From positions 6,140 through 70,139 of the forward strand of contig JAIVJJ010000235.1 of the NCBI GenBank assembly GCA_020200095.1: a stretch of 64,000 bases of DNA. Reading direction: 5' to 3'. The notes under the pieces are model-generated. The model made no database searches and was not told the DNA's origin. It was given only the letters and a program-made list of their open reading frames with translations. The position numbers and the translations under genes were made by a program. The stretch's first letter is position 1. Every line of letters starts with the position of its first letter. Positions 46,486 through 54,749 of the stretch are shown here, in pieces. This stretch comes from Acidobacteriota bacterium. Its GTDB lineage: Bacteria; Acidobacteriota; Blastocatellia; Pyrinomonadales; Pyrinomonadaceae.

Positions 46486-47214
46486 TTAAAACATCTTGAA
46501 GTTTGCTGAACGCCGTGGCGTCGCAGATACAAACTGCTGTACCAATTGATCAATGCCTGTGATAGCGCCACCGACTACAACCGCAAAAGCGCCGCAATCA
46601 AAAGCCCTCTGCACATCGTTAGCTAAACGCAGCCGACCCTCGCAGATAACCGGAACATCTAGTCTTTGGGCAAGATTCTCGACCAATTCAAAATCCGGTT
46701 CAACCAAATGTTTTGTAGCCGTTGTATAACCTGAAAGCGTTGTGCTGACAAAATCAACTCCGATTGCTTCGACCGCATTTAATCCTTCTTCAAGCCTTGA
46801 AACATCAGCCATTATGGGCAAATTCAGTTCTTCTTTAATCCGTGAAACAATTTCGGTTAAACTTTCGCCGTCTGGTCTCTGCCGCAAAGTTGCGTCAATT
46901 GCAATCACGTCAGCGCCAGCCGCCGCAACTTCTTTTGCTGCATTGAAAGTCGGTGTAATGTAAACTTCGCTCGAATCAAAAACAACTTTGTAAATTCCGA
47001 AAATCGGCGCTTTGACCGCTTGTTTGACGGCGCGGATATGCTGCGGTGAGTCAATCCGCACGGCGACGGCGCCGTTTTGTTCGGCGGTTTCGGCTAGAGC
47101 CGCAATGATTTCAGGCTTACAAAGCGGGGAATTTGCCGGAGCTTGGCAGGAAACAATCAAACCGTCTTGGATTTTGGATTTTAGATTTTGGATTTCGGAT
47201 TTCGAGTCAATCAT
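46486..47214 (-). CDS. nanE: N-acetylmannosamine-6-phosphate 2-epimerase
   Basis: GLIVSCQA...PL, AVAVRI, IIAIDAT, TTLSGYT, VICEGR blocks match NanE. The ATG overlaps the upstream stop (ATGA). An alternative TTG start lies at 47160. Confidence 0.85.
   Translation of the reverse strand: MIDSKSEIQNLKSKIQDGLIVSCQAPANSPLCKPEIIAALAETAEQNGAVAVRIDSPQHIRAVKQAVKAPIFGIYKVVFDSSEVYITPTFNAAKEVAAAGADVIAIDATLRQRPDGESLTEIVSRIKEELNLPIMADVSRLEEGLNAVEAIGVDFVSTTLSGYTTATKHLVEPDFELVENLAQRLDVPVICEGRLRLANDVQRAFDCGAFAVVVGGAITGIDQLVQQFVSATPRRSANFKMF
47169..47203. repeat. tandem heptamer array (GGATTTT family, 5 units)
   Basis: GGATTTT GGATTTT AGATTTT GGATTTC GGATTTC. Lies inside codons 4-15 of the annotated nanE ORF. 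Confidence 0.9.
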
Positions 47215-48206
47215 TTAACTTGTGATTTCTCCAAATTTGCTAAAAGTATTTTGTTGATTTCAATTTTTGCCTGTTTATAAGCCAACAGTAACGCGCCAAT
47301 TGCCGGATTAAAACGCGGCTCGATAAAAACGGCGTTCGGTAATTTATTCTCTAAAATTTCTTGAAAATATTTTCGCATCAACTGACCGCGAAACATACCG
47401 CCGACTCCGGCAACCGGAAAGTTGCTCTCAAAATGCAAACGCCGCCTTGCGCTGCGAACGCTTTCAACCAAAACATTGGCACCGAATTTGATTTGCTCCT
47501 GAATGACGACGTTTCCAGCCGCCGCCGCTTCGTGCGCCGTTTTAGCAAAACTCGCCAAATCATCGCGCGTCATCTTGGCGTTATAAAAATCATTGGTCAG
47601 TTGGCGAATCTTTTCGCGCCCGAAGAAATCCAGAACTAATTTCTCCAAACCCGACGGCGAAAGCAAACCGTCCTGCTCCTTAATTGCTAACCGAATCACC
47701 TGCAAAGCCAGCCAAAATCCGCTGCCTTCATCACTGAATAAATATCCCAAACCGCCGATTTTGGTCGTTTTACCCGCTTTGTTTTCGCCATAAACAACTG
47801 AACCTGTTCCGGCAATAACGACAATTCCGGGTGTTCCTGCGGTTGCGCCGAATAGCGCGGTCGGAGCGTCGTGGCTGACGATTAAATGTTCGGCTTTAAC
47901 GATTTCGCCGATAATTTCTTCTTTATAATCCGCGCCGCCAGTCATCCCGAAATTAGCGCCGGCAAAAAACGTTTTTTCAATCGGCGGAAGATTCGCTTTT
48001 TCCAACGCTTCGCCGACGCTTTGCAAAATTGCCTGCTTCAGCCGTTCGCGCCCACCCGGATACTCGGCGTGATTTGAAGCGCCGCCAAGACCCCGCCCGA
48101 CAATTACGCCGTTTTCATCTGCGACTAAGGCTTCCGTATGGCTTTGCCCGCCGTCAATACCGAGAAAGATTTTGGATTTCGGATTTCGGATTTTGGATTC
48201 GCCCAC
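47211..48206 (-). CDS. BadF/BadG/BcrA/BcrD-type ATPase, N-acetylglucosamine kinase-like
   Basis: ASKHA phosphate-1 motif FLGIDGGQSHT and later VIAGTGS. The GTG at 48206 is the only canonical in-frame start upstream of LGIDGG. Confidence 0.8.
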   Translation of the reverse strand: MGESKIRNPKSKIFLGIDGGQSHTEALVADENGVIVGRGLGGASNHAEYPGGRERLKQAILQSVGEALEKANLPPIEKTFFAGANFGMTGGADYKEEIIGEIVKAEHLIVSHDAPTALFGATAGTPGIVVIAGTGSVVYGENKAGKTTKIGGLGYLFSDEGSGFWLALQVIRLAIKEQDGLLSPSGLEKLVLDFFGREKIRQLTNDFYNAKMTRDDLASFAKTAHEAAAAGNVVIQEQIKFGANVLVESVRSARRRLHFESNFPVAGVGGMFRGQLMRKYFQEILENKLPNAVFIEPRFNPAIGALLLAYKQAKIEINKILLANLEKSQVK

Positions 48207-48250
48207 TTATTTTATTTTTAATTCTCCTCTGCGTCCTTTGCGTCTCTGCG
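48167..48250. repeat. composite element: GGATTTY heptamer array + TCTCC box + CTYTGCG triple repeat
   Basis: AGATTTT GGATTTC GGATTTC GGATTTT GGATTCG (48167-48201). TCTCC at 48223-48227. CTCTGCG/CTTTGCG/CTCTGCG at 48227-48250. Same architecture as 53723-53802. Confidence 0.85.
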
Positions 48251-48261
48251 CGAAACTTCTT

Positions 48262-48561
48262 TCAATCAATCAAAACTTCCACAAATTCTCGCGCAAATTT
48301 TTCTTCTTCCGCTTTGTTTAAATTAAACTCTTGCGCGAAAAAATGTCCGAGTTCGTGCGCGATTATTTTTTCAAGTTTTACGCCCGCGTTTAAATTAACG
48401 CAAATAGTTTTGTTACGATTGTCAAATTCGCCAATCGTCACCGGAAACCAACTTTCATAAACAATTTTCACGCCAATCCTTTCGGCAATTTCAAAAACGT
48501 CGCGTGTGCCGAATTCACGAATGACTTTTTCAACAAAAATTTCCACCAATACAAAATCCAA
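48262..48561 (-). CDS. minimal ImmA/IrrE-like (DUF955-type) HExxH metallopeptidase, tentative
   Basis: 99 aa with IIAHELGHFFAQEF zinc-binding motif. TTG start inside a heptamer array. No adjacent XRE/HTH partner. Confidence 0.5.
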   Translation of the reverse strand: MDFVLVEIFVEKVIREFGTRDVFEIAERIGVKIVYESWFPVTIGEFDNRNKTICVNLNAGVKLEKIIAHELGHFFAQEFNLNKAEEEKFAREFVEVLID

Positions 48562-48572
48562 AATCCAAAATC
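48552..48572. repeat. tandem heptamer array, inverted orientation (CAAAATC x3)
   Basis: CAAAATC at 48552, 48559 and 48566. Overlaps the FAD-oxidoreductase stop and the ImmA-like ORF start. Confidence 0.85.
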
Positions 48573-50172
48573 ACATCGCGTGTCGGTGCGGCTCGCCGTC
48601 AGCTAAATTCAAATTTTCTCGCCATTCAAGCTCAAAACCTTTCCTAATGAGCAAATCTTGAAATTCGCCTAAAAGTTTCGCGTCGTTTCTCACCTCGCGC
48701 GGTTTCACATTTTTCTCAAGACAAAACGCGGCTAAATTTCCCGCCGCTTCGCCGATGTTCCATTCAATCGGATGCAAGCGATAACAGCCGTTTGTAACGT
48801 GCGTCGTGCCGATGTTTTTACACGCGGGCAAAAGATTCTCGATTCGTTCGGGAATCAACGCGCCGAGTGGAATCTGAAACGGCAAGGCTTCGACATCGAG
48901 ATAATTATCGCCGCCGACGGTTGGGTGTAAATCAATTCGGTAAAATCCGATGCCGACCGAATCCGCAAATTTTTCCGCGTGAATTTCATTCCGGCGACAC
49001 GCGGCGGAAACGTGGTGTTCGAGAACTGTAAATTCCGCTTTTATTCTTCTCGATTCGCGCACGTAAGGCATTTTCGCCAAACCGTCTCGCGTTCCAGCGA
49101 CATCGCCGCGCAATTTCAAACTCGCAAAACCGGCTTCGGTTTGCAGCCAATATAAAAAAGACAAACTGAGTTGTTTCGCCTCGTCAACGAATCGCCGTTT
49201 TTCCTCGTAAGTTTCGGCATTCGACAAATCTTTGAGAAAATAATCAATCTGCGGATAATTGACGAGCGTAATATCGATGTCATAAGTATTTGCGACAAAA
49301 TTTTCCCGATGTAAAATGCGGCGATACGTCCAAAGCCCGGCAAACGCTTTATTTTCTTCTTTGTGCGGCGCGAAGTTATATTTAATCGGCTGCATTGTGC
49401 GCGGGTTGACGCCGCTTAAACTCAATAATTTCCCGCTCCAAGCCGGAGTCAAGTTCGGAACGAAATCGCGCCAAAATTCGTAATTTTGCGGTTTTTCAAT
49501 CGTATGATTTTCGCCTTCGTGATAACTCATCGCAAAACAAACCGAAAACGCTTGCGAATTATTCGGCTCCGCAAATTCTTTCGCGCTCGGCTCACCGGTC
49601 TCTTTTTGCGATTCTGAACCGGTTACAAATTCGGTTTTCGTGAGCGACAAAAGCTCGCCTAATTCCGTTGCGTCAACAAAATACTCGGCGCGAATCGTTA
49701 CGTCATCTCCGCTTTGCAAATTTCTAAGCGTTACGCTTTTTACCTTGTCGCCATTTGTGTCAGCAGAAACGGGAAAATGTTCGGTCAAAATAGTCAAATT
49801 TCCTTTTTGAACGTATTCCGCCAAACCTGCTTCGAGAACTCTCAAATAAACAATCGGCTCGGCGCAAAGCGGCGAAACCCAACCGTTGCCCGGATTTAGA
49901 AACGGATTCGCTTTCGCTTTTTTGGTCAACGGACGATTATTCTTATAATATTGACGAACTTCGTTTCTAAATTTTCGGTAACTCTTTGTGCAGCCGAAAC
50001 CTTCAATCCAGCCGTGTTCGTCCGGCGGCGTCGCCTGCGACGTTAATTGCCCGCCAATCCAATCGCTTTCCTCAGTTAAGATAACTTGAAAACTGCTCGC
50101 TGCAGCAAGCGCCGCCGCGCAACCTCCAACGCCGCCGCCAATAATCAAAATGTCGGTTTTCAGTTCCTTCAC
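48571..50172 (-). CDS. FAD-dependent oxidoreductase (FAD_oxidored PF12831-like)
   Basis: DILIIGGGVGGCAAALAAA dinucleotide-binding N-terminus. 533 aa. Confidence 0.8.
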   Translation of the reverse strand: MKELKTDILIIGGGVGGCAAALAAASSFQVILTEESDWIGGQLTSQATPPDEHGWIEGFGCTKSYRKFRNEVRQYYKNNRPLTKKAKANPFLNPGNGWVSPLCAEPIVYLRVLEAGLAEYVQKGNLTILTEHFPVSADTNGDKVKSVTLRNLQSGDDVTIRAEYFVDATELGELLSLTKTEFVTGSESQKETGEPSAKEFAEPNNSQAFSVCFAMSYHEGENHTIEKPQNYEFWRDFVPNLTPAWSGKLLSLSGVNPRTMQPIKYNFAPHKEENKAFAGLWTYRRILHRENFVANTYDIDITLVNYPQIDYFLKDLSNAETYEEKRRFVDEAKQLSLSFLYWLQTEAGFASLKLRGDVAGTRDGLAKMPYVRESRRIKAEFTVLEHHVSAACRRNEIHAEKFADSVGIGFYRIDLHPTVGGDNYLDVEALPFQIPLGALIPERIENLLPACKNIGTTHVTNGCYRLHPIEWNIGEAAGNLAAFCLEKNVKPREVRNDAKLLGEFQDLLIRKGFELEWRENLNLADGEPHRHAM

Positions 50173-50177
50173 CGCAA

Positions 50178-51527
50178 TTAAAAATCTTCTAAAATGATAA
50201 GCGCGGCTTGACCGCCGCCTTGCGAGACGTTGACGAGCGATTGCGAAGACAGTCGCACCAGACCGCCTTCGACTTTTCCGAGAAACAAAAATGGGTCGAA
50301 ATCAATCAGCAAACTTTCCATCTTGATTGAATCAGAAAAAGCCGGAATAATTACTTTTCCAACCGGCACGCGCTCTTGAACAACGTAAGAATCCAGCAAA
50401 GCCTCGTTCAAAGCCGTTTCCCATTCTGCCTGCGACATTTCCCAACCGAGTTTGATTCCTTTGCCGCCGTAATCGTCGTTCGGTTTTAGCAAAAATTCTT
50501 CGCGCCCGCGTCGCAAAAACTCCAACAAATCAATTTCCCGACCTTCGCGCGTCATCCGGCAATCGCACACGCGCCGCGTCCAGGGAATATGACGGTGAAT
50601 TACGGCAAGCTGTTCAGGCGTGAAAAGTTTTTCATATTGCTCGTCGCTCAAAATAGCAAAACCGGCTTTTTTGTGCGCGATTTTGCTGCGAAAAGAATTT
50701 GCCATAAAAACTCGCCCATCCGCATAAGCGCGTGATAAAGGATGAGTTTCATCAAAATTTTCCAAAAATTCATGGATGAGGATTCGTTTGTAAAAAATAT
50801 CAATCGCAAAATCCCCGACGCGCAAAGAATCTCCGTCATATTCAAGCTCGCGCGGGTCGGCAATCAAAGTCGGAAACCCGCGCGATTCAAAATATTCCTG
50901 CAAAACATAAAATTCAGTCATCGTTGAAACGCCGTGCCAGTCAACAATGGCGATATTCGGCTTTTCCTTGTTTCCGCCGGTTTCGCGGTAAGCCGCCGCG
51001 AGCGATTCGAGAAGCCGTTGATGCGGCGCGGGTCGCCAATGTTTGTGCTGCGCGAGAAATTCTTTAACGGGCGGAACAAGCTCAAGAACTTTCTCTATCT
51101 GCATCTGGTCGCCGACACCAGCGGGAGTTTCGGCGTTGTATTCGAGAAATTTGAAATCATCGCCGTCAAAAAAAGCGTCGAACCGGCTCGAAACGCAAAG
51201 CCGCTCGTATCGAGGGTCAATCCGCGCCATACGCTCTTCTTTTTCGGTCAAATCTAGCTCGGCGAGAATTTCATCATTTTCCAGCGCGGCAGCGGCTAAA
51301 AGCTCGAACGCGCCCGAAAGAACTTCGGTGGCACGCGCGACTTTCTCGTATTGCGAGCGAGTTATGAAATGCGGGCGCAAAAACGGGCAATAAGGACGCT
51401 CGTCGTGCAAAAGTCCTAACTCGCGCTCTTTATCGAACAATTGCGCGAAAAGCTCTCTGTCAAGCCGCTCGTCTCGGCAAATCTGCTCGTCCAATTTTCG
51501 GACGATGTCGAAAAATTCTTCTTTCAT
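50178..51527 (-). CDS. glutathionylspermidine synthase-like pre-ATP-grasp family ligase (YgiC/YjfC-like), tentative
   Basis: SSRFDAFFDGDDFKFLEYNAETPAGVGD resembles the RxD...G..KxLEyNadTP motif of the GSP_synth family. 449 aa. Confidence 0.55.
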   Translation of the reverse strand: MKEEFFDIVRKLDEQICRDERLDRELFAQLFDKERELGLLHDERPYCPFLRPHFITRSQYEKVARATEVLSGAFELLAAAALENDEILAELDLTEKEERMARIDPRYERLCVSSRFDAFFDGDDFKFLEYNAETPAGVGDQMQIEKVLELVPPVKEFLAQHKHWRPAPHQRLLESLAAAYRETGGNKEKPNIAIVDWHGVSTMTEFYVLQEYFESRGFPTLIADPRELEYDGDSLRVGDFAIDIFYKRILIHEFLENFDETHPLSRAYADGRVFMANSFRSKIAHKKAGFAILSDEQYEKLFTPEQLAVIHRHIPWTRRVCDCRMTREGREIDLLEFLRRGREEFLLKPNDDYGGKGIKLGWEMSQAEWETALNEALLDSYVVQERVPVGKVIIPAFSDSIKMESLLIDFDPFLFLGKVEGGLVRLSSQSLVNVSQGGGQAALIILEDF

Positions 51528-51570
51528 AATTCGTTAAAAAACCGTTTCCGTAAATTTGAAATCGCTCTAC

Positions 51571-53718
51571 TCAAGCGTTTTTTGGCGCCGCCACAACGAC
51601 GACCGATTCATCGGCAGACAAATTTTCAAGCTCCGTCTGCGCCAGCGCAATTACCTGCTCCATTTCAGCCAGCCCGGAAAGATTGACGATTCTCGCGCCG
51701 ACCAGAACGTGAATGTCGGGCAAATCACGCCCGGCGTCGCCGAAATCTGTCAGTTTTGTAATCACAAATTCAAGCTCGCGGGCAATGTTTTCAACCGTCG
51801 TCGGATAAACTTCGGCATGGCTGCGCTGCAGACGCACGACGCCCGTTTTATCTACAACTCGCGCCAATTGTTTTGACGAATTGAATAAACCGAAAAAAGT
51901 TTTTCTCAAAATCTCAGCTGTGAAAACGTAAAGTGCGGAAGTTTCTGATTTGAGTCTGACATTTGATTCGTCCGTTTTCATCGAACGCGCCGCCGCTTGT
52001 CGGCAGCCTTCCAAATCTGTTGCCGTCGAGCTCTCGCCTTGTTTCAGTTCGGTCGTGCCGAAAGCCGTTGCGCGAACCAGATTGCGGCGTGTGTCAACTT
52101 CGATATTCACTTCGACAGTTTCGGGCAAAGCGCCGATTTTAATCACCGATTCGCTCGCCTCGCGCCGCACCTGCAAAATTTGTTCGGGCGTCGGGTCAAC
52201 AATGTTGCGTTCAATCACATCGCGCACCATTGCGAGTGCAACGCCAATCGTTGAAATAACTTCGGCTTTTCGCGCCAAACGCGCCGGAAGATTCATCAAC
52301 TTTCCGGTGAACGTAACTAAAGATGCCGCACCGCCACCACCGCCGACAAGTTCAACCGTTGCGCGGTCGAGATTGTATTCGGCAATCAATTCTTCGATTT
52401 GTTTCTGCACTTTCGCGCAAGAAATTTCCAAAACTTTTCGCGCCGCATCTTCCGTTGAAATGCCGAGTTTTTCCGCCAAAGGTTTGAAAGCCAAACGCGC
52501 CGCTTCCGTATTGCCAAACGCGAAAGCCGTTTCTGGGATGATGCCGAGCAAATTGGCGGCGCACGTTGGCGTCAGAGCAAAACGCTCGCCTGAAATTGTT
52601 TCAATCGCAATGTAATCGTCGGTGTCCTTTTCAGTCGGGCGTAAGTGAATAAGTTTTGCGCTTTCAAAAATCTCCGGCTTTTGAAAACTTGAATAAGCCA
52701 AGCCCGCAATATGAGCCGAACGCGCTCCGACATCAACAATTGCGCCGTTTTTCTCGCGCACCATACTACCGCCGGCAATCGCCAAAGTTCTTATATCTAA
52801 AGTATTCAGGTAAGTGCGATGCCCGCCGACTTTCGCCGCTTTCGTCTGCGGCTGACCGTCGCGGATAACGGAAATATCGGCAGAAGTTCCACCAACTTCG
52901 ATAAAAATTCCGTCCGAAACTTTTTCATACATCAACGCGCCCGCAATTCCCGCCGCCGGACCTGAAAGCATCGTCATAATCGGGCGGCGATGAACTTCTT
53001 CAACGCTCATCACGCCGCCGTCGGAACGCATAATCATCAGTGGCGCTTTAATTCCGGCGCGTTTGACGCATTCGTCGGTCATCGTTGCCGTGTGAATCAT
53101 TTTCGGCAAAATCGCGCCGTTCAAAACCGCCGTTCTTGTGCGCGTTCGCAAGCCGTAAAGCGTCGAAACCTCGTGACCGGAAGTTGCAAGCAAACCTTTT
53201 GCCCGCGCAAGATTCGCAATTCTATTTTCGTTTTCGTTTTTATCAACGCCGAACGCTTCGGATGCAACAATTACTTCTGCACCTTTGTTTTTAAGTTCTT
53301 TGATAATATGTGATGTGAAATTGTCGTTCCATAAACCATCAGATGAAACGGAAACAAATTTGTATTCGGGTTTTAAGAACCTATTCGGCGCCAGTTCAAT
53401 CGGCGGAACGCGCGTGTCGAATTTCGCTTTCCAGCCTTCTAAGCCGCTCCCCAAACCAATCACTCCGACATTTGCCACGTCGCCTTCGAGCAAAGCATTC
53501 GTTGCTTGCGTCGTCGAATGCGCGATAAAAATTACATCTTCCGGGGAAATTTCAAGTTCGTTTAACACTCGTTCAATAGCGTTAATAATGCCGAGCGCGA
53601 CGCCTTCCCGTGCGCTGTGCGTTGTTGGAACTTTCAGTTGCGAAACAACTTCTCGCGTATCGTTATCAATCACGACGACATCGGTGAAAGTTCCGCCAAC
53701 GTCAATGCCGACACGCAC
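51571..53718 (-). CDS. hydantoinase/oxoprolinase family protein
   Basis: GTG start. (M)RVGIDVGGTFTDVVV N-terminus and GGPAAG-like motif MLSGPAAGIAG. 715 aa with an extra C-terminal region. Confidence 0.85.
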   Translation of the reverse strand: MRVGIDVGGTFTDVVVIDNDTREVVSQLKVPTTHSAREGVALGIINAIERVLNELEISPEDVIFIAHSTTQATNALLEGDVANVGVIGLGSGLEGWKAKFDTRVPPIELAPNRFLKPEYKFVSVSSDGLWNDNFTSHIIKELKNKGAEVIVASEAFGVDKNENENRIANLARAKGLLATSGHEVSTLYGLRTRTRTAVLNGAILPKMIHTATMTDECVKRAGIKAPLMIMRSDGGVMSVEEVHRRPIMTMLSGPAAGIAGALMYEKVSDGIFIEVGGTSADISVIRDGQPQTKAAKVGGHRTYLNTLDIRTLAIAGGSMVREKNGAIVDVGARSAHIAGLAYSSFQKPEIFESAKLIHLRPTEKDTDDYIAIETISGERFALTPTCAANLLGIIPETAFAFGNTEAARLAFKPLAEKLGISTEDAARKVLEISCAKVQKQIEELIAEYNLDRATVELVGGGGGAASLVTFTGKLMNLPARLARKAEVISTIGVALAMVRDVIERNIVDPTPEQILQVRREASESVIKIGALPETVEVNIEVDTRRNLVRATAFGTTELKQGESSTATDLEGCRQAAARSMKTDESNVRLKSETSALYVFTAEILRKTFFGLFNSSKQLARVVDKTGVVRLQRSHAEVYPTTVENIARELEFVITKLTDFGDAGRDLPDIHVLVGARIVNLSGLAEMEQVIALAQTELENLSADESVVVVAAPKNA

Positions 53719-53722
53719 CTTT

Positions 53723-53802
53723 TGATTTTGGATTTTAGATTTTGGATTTTGGATTACTAATTAATCTCCTAACGATTTCTTTGCGTGCTTTGCGCCTTTG
53801 CG
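53723..53802. repeat. composite element: GGATTTT heptamer array + TCTCC box + CTTTGCG triple repeat
   Basis: TGATTTT GGATTTT AGATTTT GGATTTT GGATTAC (53723-53757). TCTCC at 53765-53769. CTTTGCG x3 at 53779-53802. The array ends 4 nt from the hydantoinase-like GTG. Confidence 0.85.
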
Positions 53803-53809
53803 GGAAATC

Positions 53810-54745
53810 TTATCTTGCTAAACCTTCCTGCAAAATTTGTGAAAGTTTCCAGAGCATTGCCAACCCCGGATTTTCCTGCGAGTAATGAACAACCGGCATA
53901 TCGTCGAGCGTAATCGCCATCGCAATTCGCCCGCGTCTGGTGTAAACGATTCCAAGATCGCTTCGCAATCGGTCTAACGCGCCAGATTTTGAAGCACTCG
54001 GAGTCGAATCGAGCAAGCCGCGCCCGATACCATCGTTATATTGTTGTCGCCGCAAAATCGCAATCATATCAGCCGAAGATTGCTTGTTGACGACTTCGCC
54101 TTTTTCGAGCATTTCCAGAAGGCGCACCATATCTCGCGGCGAGGTAACGCCGATGCCGAAAACTTTGTAAACCGGCTCTTCCCAAGCCTTGCTTCTTGCG
54201 CCGCCGCCAATTTTTCCCAAGCTGCGCGTTTGTTTCAATCCGAGCGCGTCCATTCGCGCGTTCACCGCATCGGCTGTAATTGCGTCGAGGATTAAATTTG
54301 TCGCCGTGTTGTCCGAAACGACAATCATTAAATTCGTCGCTGTTTTGAGGTCAATTTTTGTTCCGTCGGAAAACTCGCCCAGCACGCCCGAACCACCGAA
54401 TCTGTTTTGTTTGGTCAGCGTCAATTCATCCGTCCATTTGCGTTTGCCTTCCGCGACTTGGGCAAAAACTTCGGTCATAATCGCAAGTTTTATCGTGCTG
54501 GCGGTGCGAACTTGCTCGTCGGCACGAAAGGCGTAATCTTTTCCGGTGTCGAGATTTTTCGCATAAATCCAAGCGTTGCCGCGAAAATCCGCAAGTGCCG
54601 CTTTTATCCGCTCATCAAGCGGTTGCGGTGCAACTGAATTGACTTTCGATTGATTTTTTATCGGCGTTTTAGCCCGCCTTTGCGCGAAAGCTAACGAAGT
54701 GGCGACAAGCAAAATCATCAAACAAAGTGTCGTTCGTTTAAACAT
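53810..54745 (-). CDS. class A beta-lactamase-related serine hydrolase
   Basis: Signal peptide after the ATG at 54745 (MFKRTTLCLMILLVATSLAFA). STIK (SxxK), SDN and KSG motifs. Confidence 0.8.
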   Translation of the reverse strand: MFKRTTLCLMILLVATSLAFAQRRAKTPIKNQSKVNSVAPQPLDERIKAALADFRGNAWIYAKNLDTGKDYAFRADEQVRTASTIKLAIMTEVFAQVAEGKRKWTDELTLTKQNRFGGSGVLGEFSDGTKIDLKTATNLMIVVSDNTATNLILDAITADAVNARMDALGLKQTRSLGKIGGGARSKAWEEPVYKVFGIGVTSPRDMVRLLEMLEKGEVVNKQSSADMIAILRRQQYNDGIGRGLLDSTPSASKSGALDRLRSDLGIVYTRRGRIAMAITLDDMPVVHYSQENPGLAMLWKLSQILQEGLAR

Positions 54746-54749
54746 AAAA

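Noticed and set aside
51950-52615. 221-aa plus-strand ORF antisense to the hydantoinase-like gene.
   Set aside because: Its Ser/Ala/Arg-rich composition is typical of antisense frames. The minus-strand frame carries the family motifs.
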